DNA of 30,835 bases from Candidatus Woesearchaeota archaeon (GCA_023266895.1 JAHFOI010000011.1:1-30835); one strand, 5' to 3'. Shown: positions 1 to 8,807, counted from the first letter of the stretch. The notes: generated by a model not told the origin, from the sequence alone. Numbers and translations are program-made.

Positions 1-242
1 ACCGAATCCGATAACTACAATGCGATGCATACCTAACATTCATACAACCAAGAAAACAAACCCACTTCAAAAACTTTCGGGGCAGAGCCCCGGGGTATTA
101 AACCCAGAAAGGAATAAAAAAGTTCTGATGACTCTACATCATTAATTAATTGTTGCTATGAAGAAAATAACTGGTCTTTCATTCAAAAAAAGTTTCCATA
201 TTCAAAAAGCCAAGTAGCTAGCACTACCTAAATGAAGCATAC

Positions 243-250
243 TTTTTTAA
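243..250 (+). promoter_or_regulatory. TATA-box-like element upstream of tRNA-Ala
   Basis: TTTTTTAA ends 27 nt before the tRNA 5' end at 277. Other genes and tRNAs in the window show the same spacing class. Confidence 0.4.
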
Positions 251-276
251 GCAGCACGAACTCTTTTCCCGACAAA

Positions 277-348
277 GGGCTGGTGGCATAACGGCAACGC
301 GCCCGCTTGGCTTGCGGGAGACTCCGGGTTCAAATCCCGGCCAGTCCA
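277..348 (+). tRNA. tRNA-Ala (anticodon GGC), no encoded CCA
   Basis: Manual cloverleaf: acceptor GGGCTGG/CCAGTCC with the G3:U70 Ala identity pair. D arm is GCAT-AACGGCA-ACGC. Anticodon arm is CCCGC-TTGGCTT-GCGGG. T arm is CCGGG-TTCAAAT-CCCGG. Discriminator A. Length 72 nt. Confidence 0.85.
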
Positions 349-465
349 TTAGCTACATTTTCGCTTCGCTCCCAAAATTACATTTACTATCAGAATTCGA
401 ACATGCTCAAAAATGCTTCAAAGAATTCGCATTTTTGGCACCTCTTGTTCTGCGGAACTTCGAGG

Positions 466-482
466 AATCCCGGCCAGTCCAT
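466..482 (+). repeat. Displaced direct copy of the tRNA-Ala 3' end (17 nt)
   Basis: AATCCCGGCCAGTCCAT is identical to 333..349 (T-loop A through discriminator plus 1 nt), in the same orientation and 133 nt downstream. It is immediately preceded by a hairpin, CCTC-17 nt-GAGG. Confidence 0.8.
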
Positions 483-590
483 ATCACTCATCGAGAGAAA
501 AAAAAGTAAATTTGGCTGCTGTTTGTAAAGCAGTATCTCAAAAGTTATTGAATACGTTTTCATCACTCATTTTTCATGCTCTCAGAACAA

Positions 591-2099
591 TCACACCAGA
601 CTTGTTGCATTCATCATGTGAGGTTGTGGTATTCCTAAGAGTTTAAGCACTGTTGGTGCCACATTTACAAGCCCTGAATTCTTGAGAGGTCTGAGTTTTT
701 TAAATCGCGATGATATGAGAATAAATGGTACTGGTGCAGTGGTGTGTGAAGTCATAGGAATTCCATTAGGATACGCAAGTTGTTCTGCATTTCCGTGGTC
801 TCCAGTAATGATCACATCAACTCCTTTATTAATTGCCTCAGGTATGATCTGCGCAAGAGCATTGTCAATTGCGCGTATTGCGTTCACACAAGGCTTGAGT
901 TTTGCAGTGTGTCCCACCATGTCTGCATTCGCAAAATTAACCAGTATAAAAGGGCTGTTCTCAGAAAGTGCTTGTACTGTTACTCGTGCAATTTCTTTGG
1001 CTTTCATTTCTGGCGCCAAATCATACGTGCTAACTTTTGGGCTTGGAATAAGAATTCTTTTTTCTCCAGAAAAAACCTTGTCAGACAATCCATTGAAAAA
1101 ATACGTGACATGAGCCCATTTTTCTGTTTCTGCAATACGCACTTGCGTGAAGCCCTGCGCACTAATAATCTCGCCAAGAGTTTTCTGAAGCGCGCACTGA
1201 GGATACACCACTGATACCTGCAAAGCTGGATCATCTTGTGTCATGCAAACAAAATGAAGATGTGAAAGATGTATGCGAGAAAATCCTGAAAAATCTTTTT
1301 TGCAAAATGCGTTTACTAACTCACGAGCCCTATCTGCACGAAAATTAAAGAGTACAACAACATCGTCATCGCGAATTTGTGAATCAGCTGAGGTTTGTGT
1401 TGGGGTAACAAATTCATCAGTTTCTCCGCAGGCATATGCTTGAGCAAGTCCTTGCTTCCAGTTTTGCGCAGTTTTTCCGATTCCATTAACAAGCAATTCA
1501 TATGCTTGTTTTTCTCTCTTCCACCTGTTGTCGCGATCCATGGCATACCATCTGCCAATAATTGAACCAATATGCCATCCTGACATGAGTTTTTTCTGGA
1601 CTACATTTAAATAGGTTTCAGCACTTTTTTGAGCTACATCTCTGCCATCAAGGAATGCATGAACCACAACAGTGCCGAGCTGTTTCGTACGCGCAAGTTC
1701 AAGTAATGCAAGTAAGTGATTTATGTGACTATGCACCCCGCCATCGCTCACTAATCCAAGAATATGGAGCCTTGATTTTTTCGCGTTGTTGAAAGCGTTT
1801 TCCAGAGTTTTGTTTTTGAAAAATCCTCCTTTTCGTATGTCTTGATTTATGCGTTCTAAATCTTGAGTTACAACTCTTCCTGTGGCAAGATGTAGATGCC
1901 CTACTTCAGAATTACCAATTACTTGTGAAGGAAGACCTACTGCAGTTCCCGAAGCGTTCAGTGCAGTGTGAGGAAATTTTTTCATGCACTGTTGAAAGAA
2001 CTTTGGTTGTGCTAACGCAATAGCATTTGCAGATTTTTTCCTGCGATATCCCCACCCGTCAAGTACAAGAAGTAAAACTTTAGAATTTTTTCCCCTCAT
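591..2099 (-). CDS. gpmI: 2,3-bisphosphoglycerate-independent phosphoglycerate mutase
   Basis: ORF 591..2216 trimmed to the ATG at 2099 (MRGKNSKVLLLVLDGWG...). iPGM hallmarks: LVLDGWG, SDGGVHSH, DMVGHT, TGDHGNAE. The longer ORF-track start would overlap prs. Confidence 0.9.
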   Translation of the reverse strand: MRGKNSKVLLLVLDGWGYRRKKSANAIALAQPKFFQQCMKKFPHTALNASGTAVGLPSQVIGNSEVGHLHLATGRVVTQDLERINQDIRKGGFFKNKTLENAFNNAKKSRLHILGLVSDGGVHSHINHLLALLELARTKQLGTVVVHAFLDGRDVAQKSAETYLNVVQKKLMSGWHIGSIIGRWYAMDRDNRWKREKQAYELLVNGIGKTAQNWKQGLAQAYACGETDEFVTPTQTSADSQIRDDDVVVLFNFRADRARELVNAFCKKDFSGFSRIHLSHLHFVCMTQDDPALQVSVVYPQCALQKTLGEIISAQGFTQVRIAETEKWAHVTYFFNGLSDKVFSGEKRILIPSPKVSTYDLAPEMKAKEIARVTVQALSENSPFILVNFANADMVGHTAKLKPCVNAIRAIDNALAQIIPEAINKGVDVIITGDHGNAEQLAYPNGIPMTSHTTAPVPFILISSRFKKLRPLKNSGLVNVAPTVLKLLGIPQPHMMNATSLV

Positions 2100-2122
2100 A
2101 TCTGCGCTCAGGCAACTCTTGT

Positions 2123-3034
2123 TCAATGGAGTGCTCCAGCAATAAGTTTTGCAACTGAGATGCTTGAAACAGGATTGCGGATTGTATCTGTCGTCATGAC
2201 GCGCGCGCCTGTACATTCAAGTCGAGAAAGCGCGCCTTTTGCAAAAACACCATGCACTCCTATGCAGACAATGGCACGCGCGCCAGCAGTCCACACTTGT
2301 TTGGCAACTTCTTGCATGGTGTGTCCTGTACTAATAATGTCATCAACTATGATCACGGTCTTTCCTTTAAATCCAATGTCTTTTACTTTGGTGCGAACTT
2401 TGCTTGCAGTGTAGCGTTTTTTCTTGACAACAAGCACTTGGCAATGCGCAAGACGTGCAACTTCTGCAGCCCACTGGTCGCTTTCTCCATCAGGACCTAC
2501 TATAATTGCTTTTTTCCAGTGTTTCTCAATATGCTGACTAATAGTTTTTGTGGCACTTAACCTCAGTGAAGGTATAGGAAAAACTTCGTTTAAGGATTTG
2601 TGTCTGTGTAAATGCGGGTCAATGGTAATTACCTTATCAGCAACTGCAGCCAATAACACACCCATAGCACGCGATGAAACAACCTCTCCAGCATGAAACA
2701 TCTTGTCTTGCCGCATGAATCCTAAATAAGGAATGACTGCAATAACTTTTTTCGCTCCTTGCTGTCGTGCACCAATACAGGCAAAGAGCAGTTCACAAAA
2801 AGCATCTTGAGGTAGCGGATGAATTGAGTGTATAAGAACTACTGTTCTATCGCAAACTGGCTTCATAAACCTCACACATAGCTCTCCGTCAGGAAAGTGA
2901 AGCATGCGCAACTCTCCAAAAGGAACTCCAATTTCCTGAGCAACTGCTCTACCAAGCTTTTTGTTTGGCGTGCTGCCAAAAACAGCAACATCTGCTCTTG
3001 TTTTTTTCCGCTTTTGTTTTTTGAATTTATTCAT
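2123..3034 (-). CDS. prs: Ribose-phosphate pyrophosphokinase (PRPP synthetase)
   Basis: Motifs FPDGE and the PRPP loop VIIVDDIISTGHTM. Start set at ATG 3034 (MNKFKKQKRKK...), overlapping the eno stop by 8 nt. ORF-track start 3178 lies inside eno. Confidence 0.85.
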   Translation of the reverse strand: MNKFKKQKRKKTRADVAVFGSTPNKKLGRAVAQEIGVPFGELRMLHFPDGELCVRFMKPVCDRTVVLIHSIHPLPQDAFCELLFACIGARQQGAKKVIAVIPYLGFMRQDKMFHAGEVVSSRAMGVLLAAVADKVITIDPHLHRHKSLNEVFPIPSLRLSATKTISQHIEKHWKKAIIVGPDGESDQWAAEVARLAHCQVLVVKKKRYTASKVRTKVKDIGFKGKTVIIVDDIISTGHTMQEVAKQVWTAGARAIVCIGVHGVFAKGALSRLECTGARVMTTDTIRNPVSSISVAKLIAGALH

Positions 3035-4331
3035 AACTTTTCCTTCCAGCATATCTTGCATTTTTTCCAAGCTCTTGCTCAATGCGAAGGAGTTGGTTGT
3101 ATTTTGCAGTTCGTTCTCCTCTGCAGGGAGCTCCTGCTTTGATCTGGCCTGCATCAACACCAACGCTAAAGTCTGCAATAAAGTGATCTTCAGTTTCTCC
3201 AGAACGATGACTTACCATGACGTTCCATCCTGCATGTTGTGCAAGTTTACCTGCCTGTATTGCTTCAGTAAGTGTGCCAATTTGATTAATTTTGAGGAGT
3301 AAGCATGTGCAGGCATGTTGTTTTATTGCGCGAAAAATGCGTTGCGGATTTGTGCACAACAGATCATCACCCACAATCTGTGTTTTTCCTCTAAATTGAT
3401 GCGTGAGCTGCGCAAAATGTTCCCAATCTTCCTCAGCAAACGGATCTTCAATTGAAATAAGAGGATACTGTTCACTTAGTTGAGTGTACACATCACTGAG
3501 TGCTTCTGGACTTACTTTTTTTCCTTGAATCACATATTTTTTGTGGCGTTCTGAAAAAAACTGGCTTGCTGCTGCATCAGTAGCAAAAGAAATCATTTTT
3601 GCATGGCCTGCACGTTCTGCTGCGCGTGAAAGCAGGTCAAGAGGTTCTTGCACGAGCTCGCACACCGACCTTTGTTCCGAGTGGCAATGTGGTGTAAATC
3701 CTCCTTCATCACCAACATTGGTTGCTGCTATACCATACTTTTTTGCAATAATTTCGCGTAATGCATGATATGTTTCTGAAGAAATTCTCAGTGCTTCAGC
3801 AAAAGTTTTTGCTCGAGGAACTATCATAAATTCTTGAAAATCAATATTGTTGCCTGCATGCCTTCCTCCATTGATAACATTGAGGAAAGGTACAGGAATC
3901 CTGCATTTTTTTGTTGCACTCATCTCTCGCAACCAATTATGCAAGTGTTTATGCTGACTCACTGCTGCTGCACGAGCGACCGCAAGTGAAACACCCATAA
4001 TCGCATTTGCACCAAGACGCGTTTTTTCAGGAGTGCCATCAAGCAAAATCATGCGTTGGTCAATTTCTTGTTGCGCAAGCACATTCATTCCTTTGAGCGC
4101 TGGACCAATAAGCTTGTTGACATTTCTGACTGCATTTTTTACTCCTTTACCACCATATCGTGTTTCTCCGTCACGCAATTCTTTTGCTTCATGTGTTCCT
4201 GTACTTGCTCCACTTGGCACCATTTCTCGTCCAAAACCAACAGGTGTGAACACATCAACTTCAACAGTTGGATTGCCGCGTGAATCAAGGACTTCACGAG
4301 CAATAACTTTTGTGATCACATTTTTTAACAT
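3027..4331 (-). CDS. eno: Enolase (phosphopyruvate hydratase)
   Basis: Full-length 434 aa. N-terminus IAREVLDSRGNPTVEVDV, active-site region SHRSGETED, C-terminal KYNQLLRIEEELG-type motif. Confidence 0.95.
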   Translation of the reverse strand: MLKNVITKVIAREVLDSRGNPTVEVDVFTPVGFGREMVPSGASTGTHEAKELRDGETRYGGKGVKNAVRNVNKLIGPALKGMNVLAQQEIDQRMILLDGTPEKTRLGANAIMGVSLAVARAAAVSQHKHLHNWLREMSATKKCRIPVPFLNVINGGRHAGNNIDFQEFMIVPRAKTFAEALRISSETYHALREIIAKKYGIAATNVGDEGGFTPHCHSEQRSVCELVQEPLDLLSRAAERAGHAKMISFATDAAASQFFSERHKKYVIQGKKVSPEALSDVYTQLSEQYPLISIEDPFAEEDWEHFAQLTHQFRGKTQIVGDDLLCTNPQRIFRAIKQHACTCLLLKINQIGTLTEAIQAGKLAQHAGWNVMVSHRSGETEDHFIADFSVGVDAGQIKAGAPCRGERTAKYNQLLRIEQELGKNARYAGRKSYE

Positions 4332-4517
4332 GCGTCATACCTGCCAACATAAATCATGACAATCATTTCTTTTACTGAAAATTATCGTCTATAAAAAGGT
4401 TTCTACAAAAAGAAAAAGCGCGCATGCACTTCTAAAAAATGTCGCAAAAATTCTGACGAGAACATGCATTTAAATATAAGTTCCTCTACCAAGCTATAAA
4501 ACGGAGGAAAACAAACC

Positions 4518-4556
4518 ATGGCAAAAAAGAAAGCTAAGAAATCAAAGAAAAAGTAA
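4518..4556 (+). CDS. Possible 12-aa lysine-rich micro-ORF (MAKKKAKKSKKK)
   Basis: GGAGG at 4503..4507 lies 10 nt upstream of the ATG. TATA-like TTTAAATATA at 4469..4478. A hairpin plus T-rich tract follows at 4572..4606. Below the ORF-track size cutoff. Coding status unproven. Confidence 0.25.
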   Translation: MAKKKAKKSKKK

Positions 4557-4571
4557 TAATTACATACCTAT

Positions 4572-4606
4572 CGCACGAGGACGCTTCCTCGTTGCGCTTA
4601 TTTTCT
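4572..4606 (+). terminator. Hairpin plus T-rich tract after the micro-ORF
   Basis: CGCACGAGGA-CGCT-TCCTCGTTGCG forms a 10-bp stem with one bulged T, followed by CTTATTTTCTC. Confidence 0.35.
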
Positions 4607-4706
4607 CATGAGTTTCAATTCGAAATTTTGCCAGCACAAAAATTTTTCAAAATGTTTAAATGTTTGTTACGCAACATTTAAATACAAAACCGCTTCACAA
4701 AGTTTT

Positions 4707-4865
4707 ATGAAAGAAGATTCCTCAAAAGAAGAAAGCAAATGTCCAAAGTGTGAAGGGCGCATGATTAAGCATTTTAGCTCCATATCAGGCAACGCAAAAT
4801 ACATTCAATGGGAATGCGAACAATGCACGCACAGAGAAACAAAGTGTGTGGGTGTGATGAAGTAA
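4707..4865 (+). CDS. Small zinc-ribbon protein (52 aa)
   Basis: CPKC...17 aa...CEQC four-Cys ribbon. Start moved to ATG 4707 (MKEDSSKEE...), which is 21-29 nt downstream of TATA-like TTTAAATAC (4678..4686). The ORF-track start 4608 abuts the upstream terminator. Confidence 0.55.
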   Translation: MKEDSSKEESKCPKCEGRMIKHFSSISGNAKYIQWECEQCTHRETKCVGVMK

Positions 4866-4944
4866 GAAGTTCTCAGCACTTTTTTGAGAATTGATAGAAT
4901 TATCTGCACATAACCTTATATGCCCCTTTGGTTTTTTACTACGC

Positions 4945-6087
4945 ATGATATATGAGCCTCAGGAAGATTCTTTACTGCTTGCCAAGCAAGTAAAGCTACA
5001 CGCACACGGCCGTGTGCTTGATATGGGCACAGGAACAGGCATTCAGGCACTTGCTGCTGCTCAAGTTTCCAAAGTGAAAAGTGTGCTCGCACTTGATAAA
5101 AGCAGGCGTGCAATTACGTACTGCAAACAACATGTGACGCATAAAAAAATCACCTTCAAACAAGGCGATTTATTTCAGCACCTTGCTCAACAACAATTTG
5201 ATACTATACTTTTCAACCCGCCGTATTTGCCTTCAGATACTTACAAATTAGATAGTGCACTTATTGGTGGCAAGCATGGCTGGGAAGTTATTGCTGAATT
5301 TTTGAAAAAAGCACCTGATTTTCTTGCGGAACAAGGAAGTATTCTTTTATTGTTTTCCAGTGCAACAAAAAAACAAAAAATTGATGAATTTATTGCCCAA
5401 CAATTGCTTTATGGTAAGGAGCTTGCACAGCAGCACATTTTCTTTGAGGATTTATTTGTGTACAAGATCATGAAAACAGAAATTTTACGAGAATTACATG
5501 CCGAACAGGTTACGAACATAGAACCTTTAGCAAAAGGTAAGCGAGGCATTGTCTTTAAAGCAAAGTGGCACGATAGGTGGATAGCTATTAAACTACTCAA
5601 CCCCTTAAGTAAAGCACAGCACACCTTACAAAAAGAAGCTTCATGGCTTAAAAAGTTAAACACGCTCAAAATTGGACCGACACTGTATCTTGCAACACCA
5701 AACTATATTATCATGAATTTTATCTCTGGCAAACCTATTCGCACATGGTTGCCAAGAGCGTCACGAAAAAATGTTGTGCGTATACTAAGAACAATACTTG
5801 CGCAGTGTCACTTGCTTGACAATGCGGGCATCATAAAAGAAGAAATGCACCGTCCATACAAGCACATCATTATTTCAAAAGGTGTGCCAAAACTGATTGA
5901 TTTTGAGCGAGCACATTATTCCCAAGAACCTAAAAATGTGACTCAGTTTTGTCAGTATATTGCAAACACTTCTTCAGAACTTACTGCGAAAGAAATTCAC
6001 ATCACTCCTGAAAAAATTCGTGAAGCAGCTCATGCCTATGCGCATGATAGGAAGAAATATAAACAAATTCTTGCACTAATTTGCTGA
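4945..6087 (+). CDS. Fusion protein: HemK-related/Mtq2-type N5-glutamine methyltransferase plus an atypical small Ser/Thr-kinase-like domain
   Basis: N-terminal half: MIYEPQEDSLLL, SAM motif VLDMGTGTG, catalytic NPPY (ILFNPPYLP). C-terminal half: kinase-like Gly-loop/Lys (LAKGKRGIVFKA...IAIKLL) and LIDFERA, with HRPYKHIII in place of a classic HRD loop. ORF-track start 4891 is TTG; ATG 4945 matches the usual family N-terminus. Confidence 0.7.
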   Translation: MIYEPQEDSLLLAKQVKLHAHGRVLDMGTGTGIQALAAAQVSKVKSVLALDKSRRAITYCKQHVTHKKITFKQGDLFQHLAQQQFDTILFNPPYLPSDTYKLDSALIGGKHGWEVIAEFLKKAPDFLAEQGSILLLFSSATKKQKIDEFIAQQLLYGKELAQQHIFFEDLFVYKIMKTEILRELHAEQVTNIEPLAKGKRGIVFKAKWHDRWIAIKLLNPLSKAQHTLQKEASWLKKLNTLKIGPTLYLATPNYIIMNFISGKPIRTWLPRASRKNVVRILRTILAQCHLLDNAGIIKEEMHRPYKHIIISKGVPKLIDFERAHYSQEPKNVTQFCQYIANTSSELTAKEIHITPEKIREAAHAYAHDRKKYKQILALIC

Positions 6088-6404
6088 TGCTAACCACGTT
6101 TCAGAAACGCGTGTACCGGCTTTGTACCCAAATTCCTTATGGAAAAGTGAGCACCTACAAAGCAATTGGTGAAGCACTCAGAAGTTCTGGTCACATCTAT
6201 CGTGCAGTTGGTGCTGCACTGCACCACAACCCTTTTGCACCTCACGTGCCCTGCCATCGTGTGGTATGCAGCAATGGTGGCATAGGAGGTTTTGCAACAG
6301 GCTGCCAGCACAAAATCAATCTTCTCAAAAAAGAAGGCATTAGTGTCAAGAACAAGATTATTCTTGATTTTGAAAAGAAATTGTTTGTGAAGTTTAAAAA
6401 ATAA
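6087..6404 (+). CDS. MGMT-family protein (methylated-DNA--protein-cysteine methyltransferase, DNA-binding/active-site domain only)
   Basis: PCHRVV active-site motif with surrounding YGKVSTYKAIG...HNPFAPHVPCHRVV. Only about 105 aa, so it lacks the N-terminal domain. ATG 6087 overlaps the upstream TGA (TGATG), suggesting translational coupling. Confidence 0.75.
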   Translation: MLTTFQKRVYRLCTQIPYGKVSTYKAIGEALRSSGHIYRAVGAALHHNPFAPHVPCHRVVCSNGGIGGFATGCQHKINLLKKEGISVKNKIILDFEKKLFVKFKK

Positions 6405-6488
6405 CTGAAGCTAGTTCTCACCCTCCACAAACCCAACTCATTGCCCTTCAGCCCAATGCCCGGCCCCCTCCCAAAAACACACAAAAAA

Positions 6489-7424
6489 CTACTTCTTCAC
6501 TTCTTTTTTCTTGGTTTTCTTTATTTTTTGTTCTAGCTTAAGTCTGTCAAGAAGTTCTTTGTAGCGGTTGCGTATTGTGACTTCAGTGACTCCTGCAACA
6601 TCAGCAACTTCGCGTTGGGTGCGTTTTTCACCATGCATAAGAGCTGCAACATACAAGGCTGCTGCAGCAATCCCTGTAGGTCCCCTGCCTGAAGTGAGTT
6701 CTTCGTGTTGTGCATCTTCTAAGATTTCTACTGCTTTAGTTTGAGCATCAGGACTGAGCTTGAGGCTTGAAGCAAATCGTGCAATATAATCTGCAGGATT
6801 GCTTGGCAGAATACTTATTCCAAGTTCTCGCGTAACAAAGCGGTATGTTCTGCCAATTTCTTTTTTCTCAATGCCTGACGCTTCTGAAAGTTCATCTAAA
6901 GTGCGCGGCACTTCATGGCGTCGACAACCTGCGTACAATGCGCCTGAAACTACTGATTCCATGGATCTTCCTCTCACGAGTCCCCGCTGGACTGCTTGTG
7001 TATAAATCATTGCAGCTTCTTCTTCCACTGACTTTGGCAGTTTAAGATAGCTTGAAACACGTTTAAGTTCAGCAAGTGCGAGCTTAAGGTTTCGTTCTAT
7101 TGCTGTTGAAATACGTGACTGCCATTTTCTGAGTCTGAAGAATTTGTTTCTGTCTTTTGAGCCAAGCTGGAATAAATCTGCTCTGTGACCAACTTCTGTG
7201 CCTAAGCCTTGATCATACTGTGTGTACGTCATTGGTTGTCCTGATCCGCGAGAGCCTCCATCACTTGCTCCACCATCTGAATCAAAGTCACGCCATTCTT
7301 GGCCGTGTTCAACCATTTTATCTTCAACAACAAGACCGCATTCTTTGCAAATGACTTCTCCTTTATCACGATTTACAAATAAGTTTTTAGAGCCACATTC
7401 AGGACAATTCTTGCCATAATACAT
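6489..7424 (-). CDS. tfb: Transcription initiation factor IIB (TFB)
   Basis: N-terminal Zn ribbon CPECG...CKECG, two cyclin-fold repeats, and a C-terminal HTH region (TQREVADVAGVTEVTIRNRYKEL). SD-like GGGGTGA lies 3 nt upstream of the ATG. Confidence 0.95.
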   Translation of the reverse strand: MYYGKNCPECGSKNLFVNRDKGEVICKECGLVVEDKMVEHGQEWRDFDSDGGASDGGSRGSGQPMTYTQYDQGLGTEVGHRADLFQLGSKDRNKFFRLRKWQSRISTAIERNLKLALAELKRVSSYLKLPKSVEEEAAMIYTQAVQRGLVRGRSMESVVSGALYAGCRRHEVPRTLDELSEASGIEKKEIGRTYRFVTRELGISILPSNPADYIARFASSLKLSPDAQTKAVEILEDAQHEELTSGRGPTGIAAAALYVAALMHGEKRTQREVADVAGVTEVTIRNRYKELLDRLKLEQKIKKTKKKEVKK

Positions 7425-7674
7425 GAGTCACCCCTTTGAATCGTCTTTTTGAACGCAAGAATGCATGTTAAACAGACGACAACTGAAACTCTTTTTTAAT
7501 CTATACTTTTAATCACCTATAACTATTTAAATTCGCGACAGAAGTCCTTTATATACTTTACGGTTATCGACGAGAGATTTCTGTAGTTCAACCAGAAAAA
7601 TGTGTTCACGAAAAAGTATGAGAAAATGATACGAATACTAACTCAGTGAACGCATAAACAAAAATAAGAGGTGT

Positions 7675-8739
7675 TTATTTCAGGACATCCATCATGATGG
7701 GAGGTAAAATATCTCCTTTTTCTGTGATTCGCATGTTTTCATAACTGCCTTGGAATTCAGTTTTAGAGCGTATCCAGCTAGCAACTTTTTGTGGATCGTC
7801 ACCTACTTCTTTGATGGCTGCTGCAAGCAACTCTATGTCTCCGTACATCAAAAACGCTATATTTCCTGGTTCTTTGCCAAACTTTGCTTTGTAAGTATTT
7901 GCGAAGTCTGGCGATAAATCTCTAAACTTGCTGTAATACATTCCTTTAGCAGCTTCACCCGCACTTGTCAAAATTCCAGGAGTAAGAACTGATCCAAAAT
8001 CAGTGATAAGTGTTCCTGTGAATCCGAGCTCTCGCAACTGTTTGATCACAATACCTGCAGAGGTTCCATACCCCACTAAGAATACAGTCTCAGGTTTTTG
8101 TGAGAGTAACTTACCAATAGTTGTTTTGAAGTCTGCATCTTTATTACTGTAGATTTCTTTTGTGATTGTTGCTGCTGGTTTTAACACACCAAGCTGGTAG
8201 ACAAGTGCTTGTTGAAACGCAGCACCATACTCATCGTCTGTTGTTAAGATTGCAATAGACTGAACTAAAGTATCTTTGAGCAAGTCAACCATGATTTTTG
8301 CATTCTCATCAGCAACAATTGCGTGACGAAACACCAGCTCGCTTGTTCCCGTAATTTTTGGGTGCGATGCATCTGCGAACAAAACAATATTTTTCTGGTC
8401 AACGAGAGGAAGCACACTTAACATTGCGCCACTTCCCGCACCAAGAATGAAATGAATGTTTTGCACATCGACAAGCTTTTGAAAACCAGAAAGCGCTAAT
8501 TTAGGATCATTCTGCGAGTCTTCAGGAACAATCTGAATCGTATGACCCTTCAAACCTTCACGTGCATTCACAAGATCTGCTGCGAGCAATGCACCATTTA
8601 GTAATTGCTCTCCAAGTTGAGCGCCAGGACCCGAAAGTGATACAAGAACCCCCACGCTAGTTTGCTTTTCAGCAAGTGGAGTGCAAGCAATCGTAAAAAC
8701 AAGAAGCAACATGATGAAGGTAAAAATGTATCGAACCAT
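7675..8739 (-). CDS. ABC-transporter substrate-binding lipoprotein, type I periplasmic-binding fold (LivJ/branched-chain amino acid-like)
   Basis: Hydrophobic signal peptide ending in the lipobox-like LVFTIAC. Overall LivJ-like pattern (VGVLVSLSGPGAQLGEQ...). No permease or ATPase gene is adjacent. Confidence 0.65.
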   Translation of the reverse strand: MVRYIFTFIMLLLVFTIACTPLAEKQTSVGVLVSLSGPGAQLGEQLLNGALLAADLVNAREGLKGHTIQIVPEDSQNDPKLALSGFQKLVDVQNIHFILGAGSGAMLSVLPLVDQKNIVLFADASHPKITGTSELVFRHAIVADENAKIMVDLLKDTLVQSIAILTTDDEYGAAFQQALVYQLGVLKPAATITKEIYSNKDADFKTTIGKLLSQKPETVFLVGYGTSAGIVIKQLRELGFTGTLITDFGSVLTPGILTSAGEAAKGMYYSKFRDLSPDFANTYKAKFGKEPGNIAFLMYGDIELLAAAIKEVGDDPQKVASWIRSKTEFQGSYENMRITEKGDILPPIMMDVLK

Positions 8740-8807
8740 TTATTCATGGAAGCCACCAAGAGATATAAATCTTTTGGTTACTCTGGCGCTGTCCTACGTT
8801 TACCATT

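Noticed and set aside
78-92. GC-rich hairpin CGGGGC-AGA-GCCCCG near the left edge
   Set aside because: It is an isolated 6-bp stem with no adjoining T-tract or recognisable RNA gene, and the upstream context is cut off by the window edge. I cannot assign a function.
307-646. ORF-track entries 307..528, 312..509 and 413..646 overlapping tRNA-Ala and its trailer
   Set aside because: They run through a well-folding tRNA and its repeat or hairpin region. There are no start signals and the composition is odd. The short peptide similarity to ORFs at the Ser and Asp loci (FEHA...) is explained by the shared nucleotide box TTYGAACAYGC, not by coding conservation.
2100-2216. Long N-terminal extensions in the ORF track: gpmI to 2216, prs to 3178, aIF2-alpha to 19582, L44e to 20042, GINS-like to 20914, radical SAM from 20799, fusion protein from 4891, Zn-ribbon from 4608, PhoU-like to 16654
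   Set aside because: The extensions overlap upstream genes or promoters, lack family-typical sequence, or begin with TTG/GTG. Internal ATGs give canonical N-termini with a TATA box at about -25 or an SD-like motif.
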